From Thermoanaerobaculia bacterium (GTDB taxonomy: Bacteria; Acidobacteriota; Thermoanaerobaculia; Gp7-AA8), in assembly GCA_035273585.1 (NCBI GenBank), contig DATEOX010000532.1:1-56319 (forward strand): a DNA stretch of 56,319 bases, given 5' to 3'. A program made the position numbers and the translations under genes. The notes beneath the pieces were generated by a model. The model did not search any database and was not told the DNA's origin. It was given only the letters and a program-made list of their open reading frames with translations. Positions 26,214 to 33,700 of this stretch are shown in pieces; position 1 is the stretch's first letter; each line of letters starts with the position of its first letter.

Positions 26214-27341
26214 ATGACATTTCAGGCGATCTATCGCACCGAGGCTGGACGGGGATGTACGTTTCACAGCCTTGTCGGTGCATCGGGAGAGCCCGAGGCC
26301 TACTGTTGTATTCTCGATGGCAGCTCGCAGCGGCTGCCACAAAACGTGCTTGCAAGCACACGGCTCATTCAGATCTCCCTCAGCCCGAGGCAGCTTCGAA
26401 CGCAGCTGCGGCGGCAGGCGAAGAACCTGGAACAGAAGCTTCAGCTCATAGATGCTCTGGATCTGTGCCGGGTACCGATAACGAAAGAGTTTCGCACGGC
26501 TAGGGCATTCGTCTTGGCACCCGAGTCCGCGCGAAGCTCTCACGCATGGACGCTGGCAGCCGATCTATGGAAGCATGTGACGCAGTCAGAAAACGTCAGA
26601 GTAGTAACCCAGCCCGACTATGATCAAATGGAATTCGCTCATCACTGGGTCGGGCTACTAGACTGCCCGTCGTTTCATACGAAGCACGTGCCTTCGGCCG
26701 TCGCTACTGTCGACACCTATACGAGCGTACTCGGAACTCTGCTGCCGGCGCGTGATGCACCGACGATATCCGTCATCGGTGTCGGAGAACTTGGCGGGCG
26801 TATTTGCGACGCCTTTCTTAACGCTGGGAACCCTGTCATCGCCTTTGACATAGACCCTCGCAGGTGCGAGCCATTTGCGAATAGAAAAGGGTTCTCGGCG
26901 GCGCCGAGTGTTCGCGACGCGCTAACGTCTGGAGCCGCTGCAACCGTTTTCTGCGCCCGCGCGAACAGCCTTTCCGTGAGTGTGGCAAGAATACTCGCTC
27001 GGACAGGGGGAACTCTCTGTGTGGGTGGACCTGAGGCCGGCCTTGACAGGAACGCCCAGGCCCTGCGTGTTTTGCGTGACGGGCGCATACATTTCATACC
27101 AAGTGTGCTGTGCGGGTCACTTGGCTTGGCCGCGAACCTCGAAGAAGTCTTGGGCGTTCATGTGGATCTTGAGCGTGCTCGCCTTCGACTCGCAGACCAT
27201 GTTGCGGCGGTCATTCGCGAGATGCATTTGAGGAACGAGTTGTTTGATGAGTCGTGGGTGAGCTACACCCAGTCCATCATGGGTGCTGCACATCTTGAAT
27301 TTCAAGAGCACGGAAGTAGCCGAGCTGATGATTTGGAGTGA
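26214..27341 (+). CDS. Protein with Glu/Leu/Phe/Val-dehydrogenase-like NAD(P)-binding Rossmann domain and unknown N-terminal domain
   Basis: ISVIGVGELGGRICDAFLNAGNPVIAFDID, then FCARANS and VGGPEAGL...GRIHFIPSVLCGSLG, mirroring the C-terminal domain of ELFV dehydrogenases. Confidence 0.55.
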   Translation: MTFQAIYRTEAGRGCTFHSLVGASGEPEAYCCILDGSSQRLPQNVLASTRLIQISLSPRQLRTQLRRQAKNLEQKLQLIDALDLCRVPITKEFRTARAFVLAPESARSSHAWTLAADLWKHVTQSENVRVVTQPDYDQMEFAHHWVGLLDCPSFHTKHVPSAVATVDTYTSVLGTLLPARDAPTISVIGVGELGGRICDAFLNAGNPVIAFDIDPRRCEPFANRKGFSAAPSVRDALTSGAAATVFCARANSLSVSVARILARTGGTLCVGGPEAGLDRNAQALRVLRDGRIHFIPSVLCGSLGLAANLEEVLGVHVDLERARLRLADHVAAVIREMHLRNELFDESWVSYTQSIMGAAHLEFQEHGSSRADDLE

Positions 27342-27886
27342 CTGCGATGGATGGATGGCGTGACGCTGGCCGAGCTCGTTCCCGATTCACATGCGCGATT
27401 CTAGAGGTGGTATCGGTGGAGAGGACGCGCATACCGTCGGGCGAAACGGGAGAGTTCGTCATTTTGAGGGCGAAACCTTGGGTTAACGTGGTCGCTGTGA
27501 CAAGCGCCGGCAACCTCGTATTAGTTCGACACTTTAGGCATGGAATATCGGACTATTCGCTTGAGCTGCCGGCTGGAATCATCGAGAACGACGAGACCGT
27601 AAGCGCCGCTGCCGTTAGAGAGTTGCTAGAAGAAACTGGATATGAGGGGACCGACGGTCGACTGTTGGGTGAGCTGTACCCGAACCCCGGGCTACAGGAT
27701 AACGCCTGTTTTTCGTGGCTTGTAAGGAACGCCGCTTCCGTCAGAGTGGCGCAGCCTGATCCACTGGAGGATGTGGAAGTCGTGGAGATGCCATTCACCG
27801 CAGTTCGGACGGCCGTGATGCGAGGCGAGATCAGGAACGCGTTGACTGTAGCAGCACTGTACTTGGCACTTGATGATCTGCGATGA
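27338..27886 (+). CDS. Nudix hydrolase, ADP-ribose pyrophosphatase-like
   Basis: Nudix box AGIIENDETVSAAAVRELLEETGY. GTG start overlaps the previous stop (GTGA). Confidence 0.85.
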   Translation: MTAMDGWRDAGRARSRFTCAILEVVSVERTRIPSGETGEFVILRAKPWVNVVAVTSAGNLVLVRHFRHGISDYSLELPAGIIENDETVSAAAVRELLEETGYEGTDGRLLGELYPNPGLQDNACFSWLVRNAASVRVAQPDPLEDVEVVEMPFTAVRTAVMRGEIRNALTVAALYLALDDLR

Positions 27887-27942
27887 GAGGCCACGTCGCA
27901 CGCTGTGACGCGGGCACTGACCTCTAGGAAAAGAAGCGATAC

Positions 27943-28464
27943 TCAGCCTGCAGCCAGCGATACCATCCAATCATCAATGGACGCCGTAAGCTCAGCATTA
28001 TCTGCAAACATGTTAACAACAACTTTGTCGAAGGGTTGCCCCTCCAACTCCGTCTCGCCCGCGTGCGAATCGTCAACGCCTAGCACAAACTCTTGTCCAC
28101 GCGCGAGAAGTCGCTGCGAGCGAAGCCCGAGCGGCGCCTCAACTTTCAACAATAGATATTCCTTGCCCCGAAAGAATTCCCAGTCGGGCAGAAAGCGCAT
28201 GCTATCAAAAACGATCGGGACATCTTCCTTCGCTTGGCGCAGGCATGCGTTTATCCAGACGAAGTGATCTATGCTCCTAAGCGCATCGTTCACTTTGTTC
28301 AATGTTGTCTTACCTTCTGTTCCGAAGGCTAGTCGCGTGATTTGCCGGCATATGTCGCCAGGGCTCAGGCGCTGATACCCATATCTCTCCACGAAATGGC
28401 GTGCAATGACGGACTTGCCGCTACCAGACGCCCCGTACAGAGCGATATTGGGTAATGTGTGCAT
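27943..28464 (-). CDS. P-loop nucleotide/nucleoside kinase-like protein
   Basis: Walker A at residue ~10 (LYGASGSGKSVIA), small 173-aa kinase-sized protein. Convergent with the Nudix gene. Confidence 0.65.
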   Translation of the reverse strand: MHTLPNIALYGASGSGKSVIARHFVERYGYQRLSPGDICRQITRLAFGTEGKTTLNKVNDALRSIDHFVWINACLRQAKEDVPIVFDSMRFLPDWEFFRGKEYLLLKVEAPLGLRSQRLLARGQEFVLGVDDSHAGETELEGQPFDKVVVNMFADNAELTASIDDWMVSLAAG

Positions 28465-28518
28465 ACTCTAGTAACCGAAGAGCTGCCCCTGTGCGACCCC
28501 TGTAATGAGGAGATTAAA

Positions 28519-29211
28519 TCAAGGAGTGGTATCGAACACGCGAGAGCTCAGTTGTGCTTCTGGACTGGCAATAATTCGACGACGTTTGAATACGCGGCGA
28601 ATGCCGCGGCTACCCTTATCATTCGGCTGCTGGAATTCCGTCGTACTCCAATCCAGATAGCGTTTGTATAACAGTGGGATGTGGACATAAATCGAACGAG
28701 CGTCAGCCTTACCAATGCCCGATGAACCAGCGTAATAGTTCTGATACCAGTCAACGGCAGCTTTGACGCCTGGCCAGCCGGATTTCAGTCCCGGCCCGAT
28801 TAACGCGAACACGAGGTCATCATCTATCAAGCGTTTGTGGACGAGTATACCGACTTGATTGTAGAAACGGAGGAGTCGCCGCATTTGTCGGTCAAGATGT
28901 TCCTCCTTTGTTCGTTCGTTCATCTCTCTTTGCGCGTAGTGCTGACCGTACTCTTCGCCGGTCGACGGTACAGGGTCCACGCGGGAGATTAGCTCAGCGG
29001 CACCGCGAGCGTTCTGAATGGCCGGATCGATGTAGGCGCCGTAGATCTGCCAAGCAATGTCGGCGGCGCGCGCAGCATGAGCATCACGAGCCGCAGCGCG
29101 GATTTGCAGGATGGCAATACAGACACCGATTATAGCGACAAGAACAGTCCCGATTGATGAGAGCGCGTTGAAATCGACTGTCTGCATGGGCCTTCCTTGG
29201 GCTCTATCCAC
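28519..29211 (-). CDS. Hypothetical N-terminally membrane-anchored protein
   Basis: TM helix IGTVLVAIIGVCIAILQI followed by a soluble helical domain. Start may be the internal MQTVDF. Confidence 0.45.
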   Translation of the reverse strand: MDRAQGRPMQTVDFNALSSIGTVLVAIIGVCIAILQIRAAARDAHAARAADIAWQIYGAYIDPAIQNARGAAELISRVDPVPSTGEEYGQHYAQREMNERTKEEHLDRQMRRLLRFYNQVGILVHKRLIDDDLVFALIGPGLKSGWPGVKAAVDWYQNYYAGSSGIGKADARSIYVHIPLLYKRYLDWSTTEFQQPNDKGSRGIRRVFKRRRIIASPEAQLSSRVFDTTP

Positions 29212-29423
29212 ACCAGGTACACCGCGTGTCTAGATTTGGTTAGCATACTCTCTTCCTGAGGTGTCCGTCGGGACACGCGGCGCGCCTGAGGGCGAGCCAG
29301 CGTTGAGGGTCCGCCACGCATGGCGTGGTAATCGCGTCAACGAAGGATGGCAGGCAGCTTCGCGTTCTTGGCAAACGGGATTCTGGGTTGACGTTTTTGC
29401 GAATAAGCGTGCGTTCGTGGCGC

Positions 29424-30074
29424 TTAGCCGCCGTCCGTTCGCGCGATCTCTCGTGAGCGAAGTGCGGAGCGGTACTTGGCTTCGCGCCGCTTGTTCGTGA
29501 TGCGGAAGTAGACCAGCGTCGACGAGATGTCGCGATGGCCGAGCCAATCCTGCACGTCCGCGATGTCCCAATTCGCGTTGGCGAGATGGACGCCGATGGA
29601 GTGCCGAAGCACGTGCACGTGGCTGCGGTCAGCAGGAAGGTCGGCCGCGAGCGCGTAGCCGTGGAAGAGCCGATTGACCTCACCACCTGAAAGCGGCCCG
29701 TCACCGCGACGGCGGCTGCGAATGAGGTACGCCGAGTCCGTCGGCCGCTCCTTGAGATAGCGCACAAGCAGTTCCTTGCTGCGCGGATGCAGCGGGTACG
29801 CTCCCGAAAGGCCATGCTTCCGCCGTGCAATCCAGATCTTGCCGTCCCGCAGATCTTCCGGCCTGAGCAAGCCAGCTTCGCTGCGCCGTAGGCCGTGCCG
29901 GTAGATGAGATCGAAGAGGAGGAGGTCACGGGTACTTCGCTCTGGTATGCAGCGAAAGAAGCGCTCCACCTCTCCCCGCGTGAGGTACTTGATCGCTTCT
30001 TGATCTCGGTACTGGGTGTGCGCCATTCCGCGCTGACTCTCCGCACGGCCGGCGACACTAACGCTTTTTCGCAT
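29424..30074 (-). CDS. Short tyrosine recombinase/integrase (copy 2)
   Basis: GLRRSEA, HVLRHS, WLGHRD, STLVYFR. Also begins MRKS. Collinear similarity to copy 1 throughout. Confidence 0.85.
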   Translation of the reverse strand: MRKSVSVAGRAESQRGMAHTQYRDQEAIKYLTRGEVERFFRCIPERSTRDLLLFDLIYRHGLRRSEAGLLRPEDLRDGKIWIARRKHGLSGAYPLHPRSKELLVRYLKERPTDSAYLIRSRRRGDGPLSGGEVNRLFHGYALAADLPADRSHVHVLRHSIGVHLANANWDIADVQDWLGHRDISSTLVYFRITNKRREAKYRSALRSREIARTDGG

Positions 30075-30298
30075 AAGCGTTCGATGGGTAGAAAGAACGA
30101 AGAGGAATGCGCTTCTAAGCCTGCGGCCAGTTTGTCTTTCTGTAAACGTGGCCGCGTTGCAGGTTCCCGCTCACTCATTCATGAGGAGGTAGGCCCATGC
30201 CACCCGAACGACGTGATTCTGCTTCCCTTGCTAAGACACTCAAGCGAGTCTGTAACAAGCCGGTTGCAGCGAAAGGTGTTGATCTGAAAACGAAACGA

Positions 30299-30745
30299 AT
30301 GCGCATCCGTGAGCTGTTTCTGCGGCGCGCTGAGTCATACAGCGTGAGGGAGGCCGCAAGCATCGTGGGGATCTCGGCCCGCGCGCTGCGGCGCGAAGCT
30401 GAAGACGATCAACGCGAGGCATACGTCGTGGACGGTGCGTGGCAGTTCACCTGGCGACAAGTGGCGTTCATCGCAATGCGGCGATGGACTCTCGTCGAGA
30501 TCCATGCGGCCCTAGGGAAAGACGCAGAGACTATCCTGCCGCCGCTCTTGGCGCTGGAAAGGCTCACGGTTCGCCTTCCAGCCTTTCTCGTCCGCGCGAT
30601 GAAGACGGCCGCCTCGCAAGATGCGCTGCCGATTGACGATTGGCTGCGACTTGAACTCATCGACTACGCGGGAACGGTCGCTGATGACATGGAGGCGATT
30701 CATCCCGGCTTTCGGCAGGCATATCTCTTTCCTGGGCGAGAATGA
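30299..30745 (+). CDS. Helix-turn-helix (MerR/excisionase-like) DNA-binding protein
   Basis: YSVREAASIVGISARALRR. Divergent from recombinase 2. Confidence 0.5.
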   Translation: MRIRELFLRRAESYSVREAASIVGISARALRREAEDDQREAYVVDGAWQFTWRQVAFIAMRRWTLVEIHAALGKDAETILPPLLALERLTVRLPAFLVRAMKTAASQDALPIDDWLRLELIDYAGTVADDMEAIHPGFRQAYLFPGRE

Positions 30746-30791
30746 ACCGGCCGGGCTTCACGTCTCGAACCAGCCTGACGTGCGTAGTAGG

Positions 30792-33700
30792 ATGGTGCCT
30801 TCCAAGCGGAAGGCTATCCACGTGAACGATGTCTCGGATGCGAGATTTGAAGCAAAGTACGCCGTCTGGAAGGAGCGATTACTCGATCTCACGGCGAGTA
30901 ATCGGTTGCTCAACTTCCGCGAAACGAAAGTCTCGACCGTCCAAATAACGTTCCCTGATCCGCTCGCGCTTTTCGATGCGATCGTCCTTCGCGAAAGGTC
31001 GCTCAAGTTTCCGCTATACCGCGGACGGACTGTTCTCGACGAAGCTGAAGACGAGATCCCGGCAACCGAGTACCGAGTGACGCCCGGAGACTTGGAAGCG
31101 AAGAAGTCCCCACCCGATCTCGAACGGAGTCTCTACCGCCTCACGTCGCTCGCACGCACGTACCGAGAAGAGCGAGGTATCAACACACTGTACGTCGCGA
31201 TCGGGATGCTCGTCTGGCGGCCGGCGGATGGCGCTTCGCCGCAGAAAGCTCCTCTCGTCCTCGTGCCCGTCCAGCTCGCGCGGCAGGATCGGTTACATCC
31301 ATATGTCCTCCAACCGTTCGATGAAGATCCCGAGGTCAACCCGACCTTGGCGTACATGCTTCGACGCGACTTTGAGTACGCATTGCCTGCCTTGCCGGAA
31401 GAGATCACGCCCGAGAGTTTGGCGACTCTCTTCGAGAGCGTGTCGAAGGCGGTGAAGCGCCGCGGTTGGGCAGTGGAGACGAGCGCATGGCTTGGACAAT
31501 TTCAGTTTCGCAAGCTCGCGATGTATCGCGATCTCGAAGAGCATGCCGCGATTGCCTCGACGAATGAGCGGCTGACGGCGGTAGCAATCGGCCGAGAGTA
31601 CGACGGGACTCTCGAAGGGCCGAGCGAGGATGGTCTCGACGATATTTCCCCGGCAGAAGTCTTCACGGCACTCGATGCCGATGCCTCACAAACGCAGGTG
31701 ATCGTGCGCGCGCGCGGAGGAGAAGACCTGCTCGTGCAGGGTCCACCTGGAACCGGCAAGAGTCAGACGATCGCCAACCTCATCGCGCAATTCCTGCTCG
31801 ATGGGAAGAAGGTGCTGTTTGTCAGCGAGAAGATGGCCGCACTCAATGTGGTTCACGAGCGACTTCGAGAGTGTGGCCTCGGCACGTTCTGTCTTGAACT
31901 CCATAGCGACAAGGCCAACAAGCGCGACACCCTCGTTCGCATCGGCCGAGCAGCCGCGTGCGATCCGGTAGAGTATCCGGTCGCGGAGCGTCAGTTTCAG
32001 GAACTGCTGCATCTTCGGAAAGAACTGAACGCCTACGTCCGTGCGCTGCACCAACCGGCACTCGGGCTCCGTACGGCCTATGACATTCACGGCGCGCTCG
32101 CGGCACTCGATGCCGTGCCCGATGTTGTTACCGACTTAGATTTCGATCCCGCGACGCTCAATGAACAGCAAGAGGCGGAGCTGCTTGAGCATGTTGCTGG
32201 TATCAGCAGGTTTGCCGATATTTTCGACGCACCGACTCCTCACCTCTTCGCCGGATTGCGCGCGGATCGTTGGTCGGCGCAACTTCAGGCAGAGGTTGCG
32301 ATCGCAATGCGCAACCTCAGCACCTCGGCGGCAGCGCTTCGTAACACTGGTGCCGACGCTGCCGCGATGCTCGATCTTGCGCAACCGCAAACATTCGAGG
32401 CAGCACACCATCTTCAAGCTACCCTCGACCTCGTCGCATCGTCGCCATCCCCGCCCCGACATTGGCTCGACGGGGTAGACCTCGACGAGCTGCATGAACA
32501 TGCGAGCACGCTCGCGCGTGACGCAGAGAACCACCGCCGAATCATCGAGCAACTTCGCGACATGTTCGATGAGTCGTTCTTACGGCTTGATGCGAACGCT
32601 TTGCTTGCCGATCTGTCGCCTGATCTCGGCGTGCCTTCGACGCATGAACCAACCGAGGTTCGGTGTGCGAATTGCGGGCAGCTTAATCGCATTCCGCGTC
32701 TGAAGCCGGGCCAGCGTGCGACCTGCGGTAGCTGTAAAGAACCGCTTACCGTTCACCACGGCGACCGTGATGAGTTGCTAAACGTGTTCGAGCAGCGCGC
32801 CTCCGCAATCGCGACGGTACTGCGTGGTCTCGACGAAACGATTGCGCAAGTCCTCTCGGTGGGTGCACGACTCGCGATGAGCCTTGGTGAGCCTACGCCA
32901 AGCGATTTCGAGGCTGCGCGCGAACTTGTGCTTCTTGCATCTTCAATTGCGCGCGTGGGGCAGGCACAGCCCACTTGGTTTGATCGGGCGAGTCTTGTCG
33001 AATTGCGCGCCGAGGTGACGGAATGTGAGCGCCAGCACCAGCGCGCCACTCTGCTGCGACAACACATTGAGCGAGAGTTCACGGATCGCATTCAGACGCT
33101 CCCAATCGCGGAGTACCACAACGCGCTTACGACAACATTTCGGGGACGGTTCCGTTGGCTGCGTCCAGCCTACTGGCGACTCTTGCGCGACCTCCGCTCG
33201 ACGCTCCGCACCGACCGTGCGCTTTCGTACACGGACGCGACGGGGTTTGTGCAGAAGGTCTCAAAGCTGCTCTCGATCGAGCAATGGTTCGCGGATCGCC
33301 GAACGCAGCACGTGAACACCTTAGGAGCCTTGTATGCCGGTGAGGGCACCGACTGGAAAGGCCTCGATGCGCGCCTGACCGCCATGCAAGGTCTACACGA
33401 TCGATTCGTTGATGCGCTTCAGCGGCCGATCATTCGTGGGCACCTCGTATCGGGAGACATGACGATTTCCTCGACGGCCACGGAACTCCAAGCGCTCTGC
33501 GAGGCGTGTGCATCGCGGCTAGACGACAGCGACGTGCGCCGGTTCCTGCCGACGATTGATGCGCAGTCGTTTGCGCATGTTCGCGATAGTTGCCGCACGA
33601 CGCTTCTGCCGTTGGAACGATTCATCTCCGCCGCGGCGATCGTGCGGGGAAAGATGCGTGTCCCGGCAACGACCCCCCTGACCAATGCTGTCGAAGCACT

